NCBI GenBank assembly: GCA_950097015.1
Contig: CATNEN010000003.1
Span: 13,702,001-13,766,000, forward strand
Direction: 5' to 3'
From: Macrostomum hystrix
Taxonomy: Eukaryota > Animalia > Platyhelminthes
DNA: 64,000 nt
This document shows positions 51,901-63,094 of the stretch, in pieces. Numbering within the stretch: position 1 is the first letter of the stretch; every line of letters begins with the position of its first letter. Below the pieces are notes generated by a model that was not told the origin of the DNA, did no database searches, and saw only the letters and a program-made list of their open reading frames with translations. A program made the translations under genes and the position numbers.

Positions 51901-53232
51901 CAGATTAGGAATCCCCAAATCTCCCAGATTAGGAATCATCCCAAATCTCCCTTGTCCTCCGCTTTAGCTTCCCAATACCGCAGTGGTCCTCTGATTAGAA
52001 TTCCTAAACCCCATAATACTAATTTGTTTATCATTTTTCTACATTTTTAGGAAGATTATGTCACCGTAGGAGATCAGCTGGTACCGCTGCGTTGGCTAGC
52101 TCCAGGTAATTTCGCGCAGAACAATGACAGCGGAGAACTTGCTGTGGTTGACCATTCGATCCGGACGAATATTTGGTGAGTGAAAAATTGCTACCTTTGT
52201 TAAATCCGGCATTGAGGGACTTCATATTAACGTCGGGAAAATTCATTAACACTAACTCGAACTCAGGTCACTAGGGGTCCTACTTCTCGAGCTGTGCAGT
52301 ATGGCTAGGCAACCGCTAATTAGTTACACCGACGATCAGCTGTTAAATCAACTGGCAACCAGCTTGTCAAATTCGAATTTGGATTCATTTTTAATCGATG
52401 CTCTCAAATTGGACGCCGAAAGATGCGCTTGTCAGCACAGCACCAACAGTCAGCTATGGAAGATGTGAGCTCATGGTGTTACAGATCTGTTGATTACCTG
52501 TTAGACACTGTTACTGTGAACTGTTAGATATTCACTCTATGACCTGTTAGACTCTGATACCATGACCTGTTAGATACTGATACTATGACCTGTTAAACAC
52601 TGGTACTATGACCTGTTAGACACAAAAACTATGACCTGTTAGACACTGACTCAATGACCTGTTAGACACTGACTCAATGACCTGTTAGACACTGATACCA
52701 TGAACTGTTAGACACTGACTCAATGATCTGTTAGACACTGACTCAATGACCTGTTAGACACTGACTCAATGACCTATTAGACACTGACTCAATGACCTGT
52801 TAGACACTGACTCAATGACCTGTTAGACACTGATACAATGACCTGTTAGACACTATCACTATGAGCTGCTATTGTTAGACACCAAGGCTATGACCTGTTG
52901 AACGCTAAAGCCGTGACTGTTAGACACTGTTTGAGAGCACTGTGTCTACTGACTAGCTACTGACACAAGACGCAAGAAACTACTGACAATACTGACTGAC
53001 AATATGACATTGTTATAGGCACGAGCTGCGCAATATTTGTTGGAGCACCGCTGATCGACTAACAGCCAGCGAGCTTTTTGACAACCTAGATCGTCTCTTT
53101 AAAGTGGCTTTGTCTTCAACTACTGCCAGTAGTAAGCGAGCACAATTGACTCTTGAAAGTTCCGCCAGTCCCGACTGGGCTTTCTCGGCTGGAACAGCTG
53201 GCATCGAATCGATGAACAGTATTGACAACTGA
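48954..53232 (+). CDS. Lemur tail kinase (LMTK/AATK)-like single-pass membrane kinase, probable pseudokinase, about 483 aa
   Basis: Exons 48954-49085 (TM + CTSCC), 49159-49423, 49698-49993 (RKHLFFLSELGQAWFG), 50788-51009 (DLKTYL..YQDIGARNC..KIGDYG), 52051-52175 (EDY..VPLRWLAPG..VVDH..NIW), 52267-52464 (SLGVLLLEL) and 53019-53232 (ICW..DR). Total 1452 nt, in frame. WFG, KIGDYG, EDY and NxWSLGV are LMTK-family signatures. Confidence 0.85.
49481..49640. repeat. 40-bp tandem repeat rich in TCGA/ATCGAT palindromes
   Basis: tcgataactcgatcgataattgagataactcaatctttaa, about 3.5 copies. Confidence 0.85.
50098..50697. repeat. 16-bp pyrimidine-rich minisatellite
   Basis: Unit ctcccctgtctcatct. Confidence 0.92.
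51170..51950. repeat. 24-bp minisatellite
   Basis: Unit gattaggattccccaaatctccca. Confidence 0.93.
52480..52930. repeat. 23-bp minisatellite
   Basis: Unit tgacctgttagacactgactcaa. Confidence 0.9.
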
Positions 53233-53499
53233 ATCGGTTTTGTTTTACGCAAAATTTTCAGATTTTGTCCGCTTATTTATATTGGCCAATCGAAAACGCA
53301 TCCAATCCATGCGAAAATGTGCATGCGAATCAGTCATTTTACGAGTCTTACAAGCTTTAATCACACACCTTACTGTGCTATTTAATATCCTCGATCCTTT
53401 TTTCTCTGCTTATTTTTGAATTAATCTAGTTGCTTCTCCAAAATCAATCCAATTGATCCAGCGAATTTAAACTGTATCACGTCTATCCTGTAACGATCC

Positions 53500-53800
53500 C
53501 AATGTACACTGGCTTCCATCCACCTCACTCCATACCCTACTGCTATGTACATTGCCTCGAATCAAGCTCGCTCCCATACCCTACTGCTATGTACATTGCC
53601 TCGAACCAACCTCACTCCTATACCCTAACTTTATGTACATTGCCTCGAACCAACCTCACTCCCATACCCTACTGCTATGTACATTGCCTCGAACCAACCT
53701 CACTCCTATACCCTAATGTTATGTACATTGCCTCACACCCACCTCACTCGCATAAACTAATGCTAAGTACATTGCCTCACACCCACCTCACTCCCATACC
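53500..53800. repeat. ~44-bp minisatellite
   Basis: Unit cctcactcccataccctactgctatgtacattgcctcgaaccaa. Confidence 0.85.
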
Positions 53801-56800
53801 CCGCCACAATTAACTTATTACCAATCCCAATACTAATTGACATTTTGTGTTTAAGTTTTTACCTATTATTTGTTTTTACCTTTTCAGTCATAATTTTCTA
53901 TATGACTTTCTTTTCTTTTTCTTTATGGTTTCTTATTTCTTCACACTTCTCGGCAATATTAAATGATTGCGCAATGACCAAGCTTAAAATTTACAAGTCT
54001 TCCTGAATTACATTCCAAAATGATTTTGTGCCTTGCCAGTCTATTTACATGTCTATTTCACAGTGATATTTATACTGCTAAATATTAAGATTTTTTATTT
54101 AATCCGTTTTTCATAAACTGTCTTCCATAAAACGGTTTTTGTCGTGTTTTCAAGTATTTCGTACCTACAATGTGTCGACCTAATATAAATGAACTAGCTA
54201 TAATTTGTTGTTTTATATATTTTAAGTTCTAATTTCCAAAAAAACTTTCCTTGATTGTCAGTTGGAACATTTTTGCTTTTTGATGCAATCAGTTTTAAAA
54301 GACTTATTTTCAGCAGTATTTTGATTTTTAATACAGAATGATTCTTTGAATTCTGTTGGATTAATTATATTGATGGTTAATTAATCAGTTATACATTACA
54401 TTCTTTAATTGTTTCAATTGTTTTAATCCAAGAAAACAAGCAAATAAAGAAGACACTGAAGTGCATATATTTTAAGAATTGAATTTTATATTCTTTCTTT
54501 TTCAATATTAATTTTCGCCTTTCATTTCTACAGCCTGTTTTATTTTCTCTAATGGCATGGCGAATACTAGGAAAGTGGGCGCAGAGACTGCCTACACTAC
54601 TGCACAGATTTAAAACAGTAGTAATATAATAAGTAGTGAGTAGCGCTTGATGCTATCGGAAAATGTTGCACTTCTACGAAAATGGATCAAACGATGGCTT
54701 TTTAAATATGATAATAGACAACTCTTAGATCCTACCCTATTGTGTCTAAATTGATTAGATGATAGCAGAAATATTACAAGGAGTGCTGTGCTAACTTAAC
54801 TAAAGCGTTCAGTGCTTACTAAAAATTGATTAAATTTCAATAGAGCTAAATTGAAATTGACAATGGGCTAGAAGATGTCATTTGAAAAAGTAGGATCAGC
54901 TTCACAAAATCGCAGGCCGCAGCATGCCATACTAATATATAAAAAATCAACAAAAAGCACAATTGAAAAAGGTCGAAGACAGCAATAGATTGGAACAAAG
55001 AGATCTTAAAATAAAGTAGGTCATATCGTCTTTTTGTCGCTAAACGCAGCTAAACAAAAAAATAAGAAACTACAGGTGTTCAAGCATTGAAGAACTAAAA
55101 CAAAGTTGTGTTGGTTTCAGATGAAGGATTAGTATGGTACTAAAAAAACAAGCTACACAGAAAATAAAATGCACAAACGCACAATGCCTTAATGAATTGA
55201 TTGATTTGAAGTCTTTTTTTAATATTTAATCTCTTTTTCTGTCATTCGGGTCGAAAACTGAAGCTGAAAACTGGTAATTATTTCCTAGACAATGAGAAAC
55301 AATACAACACAATGCAATGCACTGACGGTAGGAAATGAAAGCAGACGATAAGGAAAGAATAGACCTACCTACTAGAACTAGGCACTAATTAGAAATAATA
55401 TATCAAAATAAAAATTTGTCGGCGTTAAAATGAATTCGAAAGTTTAATGTTAGAAAACTATTTCACCTAGGTACGTAGAAAAAATAGGAAATATGCATAA
55501 TTTTTTAAGTTTCTGGACTAATAATTCATAGTTGGTATAATTCATAACTAATATTAAACAGTATGTGGAGTCCTTATTAATTAAATTTTATTTAAATAAT
55601 AAAAAGGAGAGAAGTGAGAAAACTATCTAAGAATCGTTACGCGTTCTGTTTTTGTTAGTTTTGAAGACAATTTAGCAAAACAATTCATTTTAAACAATGT
55701 CCGACGCACACTACACACACAGCCTAGACCATCAGAAACACCTACGAAAATAAACAAAACTGATGAACAAAGAAATAAATAAATGTTTGCACAGGGATAA
55801 TTTCATAATCTCTAGATATTTTCCATTTGAAAATGTAAGGAAAAACCTTAGAAGCCAAAAACCGTTTGAAAAAAAGGAAGAAAAAAAATATAAAATTTCA
55901 ATTCAAAGCAATACAATTCTAACGGGTTGGTTACTAAACTAGCCGAATATTAGTACTCAGTTCAGTAGACAGTTTGAGCAATGATTGAGCAACTAAAAAG
56001 GCTTTGGTATCTATAATTAGCTTCTTATATCATTAAAAAAATAAGAAATCATGGCTCAATTTTACGACAGAAATGACAACTAATGCACTGAACAGCCGTA
56101 TGTTTATTTTTATGTAAATCCCTTCGATTTGTTAATGTCTCCGACCCTGTAAAACATTCGGCTGCTTCTTCGGCGGGTTTTTTGTGCAAAATAGGAGTGG
56201 AATCTACCGAAATCCCCCCTATCTCGCAAGAGTTAAAGAAACCACCCAGGAAGCAGCCGATGTAACCGTAAATTGTGCGGAAACCGCCGAAGAATCACCC
56301 GAACCAGTGGCCCATGGGACAACCAGAGAATTATTTAAGGGCGATTCCTCGGCGGTTTCTGAGCATGGAATCTTCCGAACTGGAGTATTCTTTGGGTGAT
56401 TCCATTTCGCCACCAAGAAGCTTCGAGAAAACGCCCAGTTGGGTAGATTCTAAGCATGGAATTATCCGATTGGTATGTTTCCACCGTTCGGCTGTTTCTT
56501 TTTCTGGAAACACCGCAGATTCCAACTGGAATCACCCAAAGAAACGTCCCTATTTTTTAGCGGGGAAGGAGGAGTTCAAACGGAAAACGAAAAATTTCCA
56601 TATTTATTATATCGTGACTCAAACATACGCGCGCAAATTATGAAAGATCGTCGACTACTATTTTTAAACTAAAGGTCAGGAAAACAAATCAAACAAAACG
56701 GATTCAAACACTAAAAATGTAATATTACAAAGAAGAATCGATTGTAGCCCACGATAGTAACGAGTGCTTAAATAAACAAAATTGTTAAGAATTAATTTTG

Positions 56801-56907
56801 AAATCAATCTATTAACCACGATTCTAAAAGACGACATAGTTCAATACCTGAACTTCAAGCAGACATTGTAACGAATAACAATAAAACTGACAGTAATATT
56901 TCCTTGA

Positions 56908-59900
56908 TTAATCCAGCACCTCCTGCTCCAGTTGAATCTTCGAATTGTTATCAGAGTCGCTTTTATCATCGCCACCAGTCGGCGGTTGATCGGCGGCGGC
57001 GGCTGACACGGCCGACGGAGCAACCCCTTCAGGCTGCTGCAGGTCGGCGATGGAAGCCAAATGAGCTCTAATTTTGTCTAAATCACACGAGCTCAACTGA
57101 ATGAAGAAGATGCCATTGACCAGATTCAGCGTCTCCAACAGGTTGCCAAGATTCGGCGTCTGAATCTGCAGCGGACAGAGGGCGGCGCCCTTTTTACCGG
57201 CCTGGAGATCGCGCACGCGTTTCTCGAACACCACAGCCTGGCGTGTGAGATGGGTGACGCAGTCGAACGACTCCTTGGTGCGTTCGTTCTCTTCGCCTAG
57301 GCGATCGCGATAGATGGCGTAGCACTCCTGCGAGATTGGGGCGCGATTTATCCATTGGTTTGGGATCTGTTCAGGATTTCAGCTAATCCGTACAGGGAGG
57401 CTGTGAAAAAACGGTCATAGAGTGAATGACCCTATAGAGAAAAGGGTCATAATGGACAGGCATAGAGTGAATGACCCTATAGAGAAAACGGTCATAATGG
57501 ACAGGCATCGAGCGAATGACCCTATAGAGAAAAACGGTCATAATGGATAGTCCTAGAGTGAATGACCCAACGTAGAATGTGGTTATAATGGATCGTCATA
57601 GAGTGAATGACCCTATAGAGAAAACGGGTATAATGGATAGTCATAGAGTGAATGACCCAACGGGGAATGTGGTCATAATGTACAGTCATATAGTGACCCA
57701 CGTTAGAATGACCCAATGGAGAAAACGGTCACAACAAACAGTTCCGTCACAAACAAATGTTAATGTAAAACGAAGCTCACCTTCTCGGCCAGTAGAGCAG
57801 CTCGGAAATCAGCTTTGCAACTGTGAGTCCTAGCAATCAGGTGATGACTAAGAGCAGATTTCAGACTGCGCGTGCCATAGAGAAGATTGTTGACACGAAG
57901 GGCGCTGCTTAGATACTGCAACGATCGATCCAGATCTTCAACAGCGTGCAGCATCAGGCCAATGTTAGAGTCAATAGTTGGCGTCTCCGGGTGCAACTCG
58001 CCGTGGCAGAGCACAGACAGATAGCGACAGCGGTACATCAGGGCCAGGGCGTTGTCAAACTGGCCCAGGGCGAAGGCGTACAGGCCCAGATGAGCATAGT
58101 CAGCGGCGGCCTGAGCAGAGTCGATGCCGAACACTTTCTCGCTGATAATGACAGCTTTCTGCTGCTGCTGCAGAGCCAGGCCGTAGTCTCCTAGGAGATA
58201 AGACAGCCGGCCTAGTAGGCGCTGACAGCTGGCTGTGTCGCTGTGTACAGGGCCATAGACGGAAGTCAGCAAGTTCAGGCTCTCGCAGATAAGCTCCTGG
58301 CCTTCGGTTAGCTGACCGGCGCTGATTCTCTGTTGGCCAATGTGGAACAGCTGATAGGCGTCTGTGGCCTTGGGGTGGACGCACTTCACCTGAAATGCAA
58401 AGTTGTCACGAAAACCAGTCATTCTGTTTCGGAGCTATCGTGAAGTAGCCAGTAGGAATTTGAGTACCCCCTGTGGTCTATCCACTGTTAATTATTAAAT
58501 CTGAAAAGCTATACACGGCTGTACAGTCCATGGACTGTTGGGACGCCACACCCTTAATCACCGCAGTTGTCCTTTAGCAAGTGTCTTGTTAAAGGACAGA
58601 TTGTTTTAGTTGAGTCGGGAATCGAACCCCAAACCTCTCAGTCTTGAGTTCGACACCCTAAGCACTAGGCTAAAACTGGAAAAGTCTTTCAGATCACGGC
58701 AGATTATTGGACATTGCCAAATAATCAAAATAAATATTGAAATCCATTCTCACCACAGGGAATAGGGAGACAATATCGTCCTCCCTGAAGGTCAAGTGCT
58801 TTGTAGAATCAAACGAGTACTCGCGCAGGGCCAGCTGAACGCCGACAGTCTGGCAGACTGAGCGCAGCAGTGAATACTTAGAGAGGCTGGCTAGGCGCTG
58901 CTCATCCGGTGCCAGGCCGTACAGTCTAGCCAAGCTACGCGAGCAGGCGTTCTCAAACTCATCCAGGCTGCCGATAGATTTGTTGACAAATTCGAAGCTT
59001 GACGAGACATAAAAATAGTTTGTGAGCTCTTCGATTAGGCAGCCCCAGAAACTGGAGCTATTGTGCTGCACAAACGCGAGACCCTGCGGGTGCGGAGTAA
59101 AGGCGTCTGTTGTTATAAACTGTTGTGACATTCACGGGAGCCAAGCAAAGTCTTGTCTTTGGCTTAGGCATAGCCATTTATGTTCTCCCTCTCTAACACA
59201 TTGTCCCCTGTATCTACCGCATTCTCCACTGTATCTACCCCATTCTCCTCTATATCAACTCCATTCTCCCCTATATCAACTCCATTCTCCCCTATATCAA
59301 CTCCATTCTCCCCTATATCTACCACATTCTCCCTATATCTACCACATTCTCACCTATATCTACCTCATTTTCCCCTATATCAACCTTATTCTCCCCTATA
59401 TCTACCCCATTCCCCCCGATATCAACCCCACTCTCCCCTATATCAACCCCATTCTCCCCTTCAATATTCCATTTTTCCCCAATATCTACCCCATTCTCCC
59501 CTTCAATATTCCATTTTTCCCCAATATCTACCCCATTCTCCCCTCAGAGCAAAGAAGAACAAAGAAAGCCTACACAGATATAGGCTTTCTTTCTACAACT
59601 TTTAACCCTTCCATTCTTCACTCTTTCTTTGTTCTCCCCTGGGGAGAACTATCTAAAGCTTTATACAGAAGACAGGCATATAATATTTCTGACCTGTTCA
59701 AACAGATAGGCATTGCCGTGACTGCTAGCAGACGGAGAAGCCTTCTTCTTAGACTTGCGCCTGACGCGGCCCAACTCCTCGGAGAATAGCGCCGGCTGAG
59801 GCACGGGAGCTTGGCTAAATAAACAATTGAGCAGGTGGCAAACTGCCGTAGCCAGATTAGTAGCCTCAACGCCGGCTAATAGGCGACGCCAGACGTGCTT

Positions 59901-62264
59901 AACAGATCTAACTAGCAGCTGTTGAATAGCCAATGGGAATAAGTACATGCTGGCCCTCTCAGCTGAAGCCTCTGCTGACGACTGCTGCTGCTGTTTCTGA
60001 GCCAGTAATTCAGTCTGCAGACGATTAATAAAATGGCCAAGGTAGCGCAAATTGACGCCGTGCGAGTGGAAGGCGCGAACCAGAGCCGGTCCGTCAGCTG
60101 GCGCGGTGGCGTGAGTAGCCAGCTCGTGAGTTAGCAGCGGAATCTGATGACCAATCAGGAAGTTGGACGCCTCGTAGAGTAGGTCGACATCAGACTGTAG
60201 CTCGGTGGCGGCATATTCGGCGGAGAAGCGGACAGATAGCCTTGATTAGGATTGGGTTTGAAGGGTGGCAAGGATATTAGTCTCATATAGTTTATCTCGT
60301 AATAGATGTATCAATTTATCCCGAAAGTGAGTACATTTGGCCGGGGCGAGCAAGCTTTGACTGGTCAAATCATGCGTACATAAAAGGGCTTTGGTTGTGG
60401 CTTTGGTTGCACCTTATGAGTCGAGAGCATGTGAACATACATAATAGGCCTATGATTGGCTCTGTTTAGTCGAGAGCATGTGCACATACACAAAAGGCCT
60501 CTGATTGGTCGAGAGCATGTGCACATACACAAAAGGCCTTTGATTTTTAGAGTGCATGTGTATACAAAAAGCCTCTGATTGGTCGAGAGCATCTACATAC
60601 AAGAGCGAACGGGCTCAGATTGGTCCTAAGAATGTGCATATTATGGTGTTGATGGGCTCTGATTGGTTGAGAACCATAATGTACGTCGGTGTGATCAACT
60701 AATCAAAGTAATCACCTGGCCAGTGTGACATCGGTATTAAACAGCGGCAGCTGGCCCCTAGCCTCGGCAAAAGCCTGCAACAGTTCGGGTCGCAGGGTGG
60801 CCAGCCTGTGCGGATGCCGCATCGGGAACGGAGCCGGCAGTCGAAGCTCCTCGGCGCTAGGCGGCAACGGCAGGTCGGCAGAGTCGGCTAGGAAAGCGAC
60901 ATCCGGCGGAAATAGGCGCAGCAGGTCGAGGAAGTAGAGGCGACTATCCGAGCCGCGGATGCCTTTGCACTCGACGCTGGTGTGAAAGATGCGCGGCTGA
61001 TCGGATTCGTCTAGCACCGGGTGCGGCTTGGACATCAGTACACGGTGCAGCGACTGCAGCAGCTCGCTGAATCTGAGTTATAGGATTGAGTGAGACATTG
61101 TTGAATAATACAATTGGCTGATATATTGTTAAGTACATTTATTGCCAACTATTAAAAATTTGATTTTTTTTCTAATAAATCTCTAAAAGTATAAAAAGAC
61201 CTTATAAGTACAAAATTATTACAATTTAACTAATATGATTATCCCCATATCACCAAATAATACTAAACAACCTTTAATCCCCATACTCCTAAAATACCTA
61301 AAAAGAAGTTAATTCAATACCATAGTTGGAATATTATCCTCGCGTCTTTTAAAATCCTAGCAAGACTTACAAAATACCTCACAATTAAAATATTATCCTT
61401 ATGCCTTTTAAAATCCCAGAAAAAACGTTCAAAAATACCATAATTATAATTTTATCCCAATGTCTTTAAAAACCCAGAAAATACGTTTAATAATACCATA
61501 ATTTTAATTTTATCCCCATTTCCCCTAAAATCCCAGAAAATATGTACAATAATACCATAATTGTAATATTATCCCCATGTCTTTTAAAATCCCATAAAAG
61601 ATATTTAATAATAATACTGTAATTGTAATAGTATACCTAAAATCCCTAAAATCTTAAGGTTTTTTAGGTTTTCAACAATCGACTAATGGACAATAGTCTA
61701 TCGACTTTCGGCCAATTCAATATGACCTAAAACCTGAAGTGTCAATCAAGCCCGTTATAATAAGCACTTGCTTCTCATCGGTCACAATAGTCTTGCCGAA
61801 ATCCACAGAGCCATGAATAACAGCCTGCTCCTGATCCTTGTCCAATAGGCCGGGCACAATGCTCTGGACTGTGACTCGCACTCCGCGATAATCGACTAGC
61901 ACGGTGCCCAGACAGTGCAGCTGATTGTGATCCAGATTCCTGACGGCCCGAACGCCTCTAAGATCGGCCGAGGTGGCTGCCAGAGCGGCAGCATCTCCGC
62001 CAATATCAGCGTAGTGACCCTTGACATCGTAGCCAAGGCTAAGGAACAGATTATTCCAGATGTACATGCGCTGAGTCGGCGGATCGACCGGATTAATGGC
62101 GGGCACGTGACCGTCTAGGACGGCTACGGCGGCGCGAGAGGCAGCAGCCACCAGGTCGGAATTGGCTTTGAAACTGGCGCGCTCTCGAATAACACGATTG
62201 GCAAGCATTTTAGCTGGCAGTTCTTTGGTGCACTGCAGCTCCTCGTTCCACTCACGGGTTTGGC
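56908..62264 (-). CDS. CLUH: Clustered mitochondria protein homolog (Clu domain, CLU-central, TPR repeats), 3' part; 5' exons probably lie beyond position 64000
   Basis: Exons 62264-61772 (GQTREWNEELQ..MYIWNNLFLSLGYD..VDYRGVRVTVQSIVPGLL), 61072-60716 (SVECKGIRGSDSRLYFLDLLRLFPPD), 60240-59694 (GVNLRYLG), 59083-58754, 58389-57781 (TPRs) and 57327-56908. Confidence 0.95.
57410..57730. repeat. ~45-bp minisatellite (CLUH intron)
   Basis: Unit atagagtgaatgaccctatagagaaaacggtcataatggacag. Confidence 0.85.
58510..58675 (-). mobile_element. SINE family A copy in a CLUH intron
   Basis: Reverse complement reads tagcctagtgcttagggtgtcgaactcaaga..ggttcgattcccgactc..tgtcctttaacaagacactt..gggtgtggcgtccc..gtccatggactg. 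Confidence 0.75.
59205..59545. repeat. ~21-bp minisatellite (CLUH intron)
   Basis: Unit ccattctcccctatatcaact. Confidence 0.85.
60415..60680. repeat. ~39-bp degenerate minisatellite (CLUH intron)
   Basis: Unit gattggtcgagagcatgtgcacatacacaaaaggcctct. Confidence 0.7.
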
Positions 62265-62345
62265 CTGCATTTTCGATGAGTGAAAAAATGCTCACGTTAC
62301 TACTCATAGAAGCAACACAAGTTAATAAAAGTTAATAATATCATT

Positions 62346-62600
62346 AGGTGACACTAGACCCGCAGCCAGCGAGGAGGCAATTCTGCCCATTTCGCTGACT
62401 CCTGAGCACACACGCACACACTCACACAGGTGTGTACACCTACCCTGACTTTCTCATCGTCAGGCAGTGTACACTCTCACTGTGCCTTGGAAGTTGGCTC
62501 TTAAGGGGCGTAAATTGCACGACAAGCCTCCAAGTCTTGTCTCTACGGCTGCGCCCCAAATGAATGTGGCCTCACCGAGGAATCGACCTTGGCGCGGGAG
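62346..62600 (-). mobile_element. SINE-like family B copy in a CLUH intron
   Basis: B-box-like ggtcgattcc at 62588-62579. Blocks are shared with 47707-47910, 39152-39210 and 19872-19921. Confidence 0.6.
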
Positions 62601-63094
62601 AGATGGCTAGCTGATTTGAAAACAGAAGAGATAGCTCAAACTAAACTATCCGAGAGAACTGAAATTGCTTTTCAGTATCCGAGTGTATACAAAGTTAATA
62701 TATAAATAAATCATTCTGCCTTCCTGCTGGCTTCACAGACGGAAAGAAAGATGATTGCAAAGCGTCGAAGCAAAAATAAGCTTTTAGCAGGAATAACAAC
62801 ACCTGAGGCTAATTGAGTCGAATCTAGAAATCGTAAATATTGTTTGCATCAAAGCAACTAGGTTGGTAAGAAAAATTGTGACGATTGCTAGATCCAGTGA
62901 CTACGAGTATTATAAATCGATGTAAAATTTGCAAAAAAACTAATTTTCTCTGGTCGCAGATGCCAAAAAGCTTCGTTTTCTATCATTAGTATCGGATCCA
63001 AGATCCCCAATCAATCTATATTATGGATCCCAAATCCCTTATCTTCTAGAGCCCCAAATCCTTAATCCACAAGGGACTCAGATCTCGAATCTTC

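Noticed and set aside
62346-62400. Minus-strand GCCTCCTCGCTGGC, matching the P3-L3-P3 of the genomic HDV ribozyme as recalled
   Set aside because: I could not build a 7-bp P1 or an adequate P2/P4, and the sister copy at 47881-47910 diverges here. An intact HDV-like ribozyme is unsupported, though a family consensus should be re-tested.
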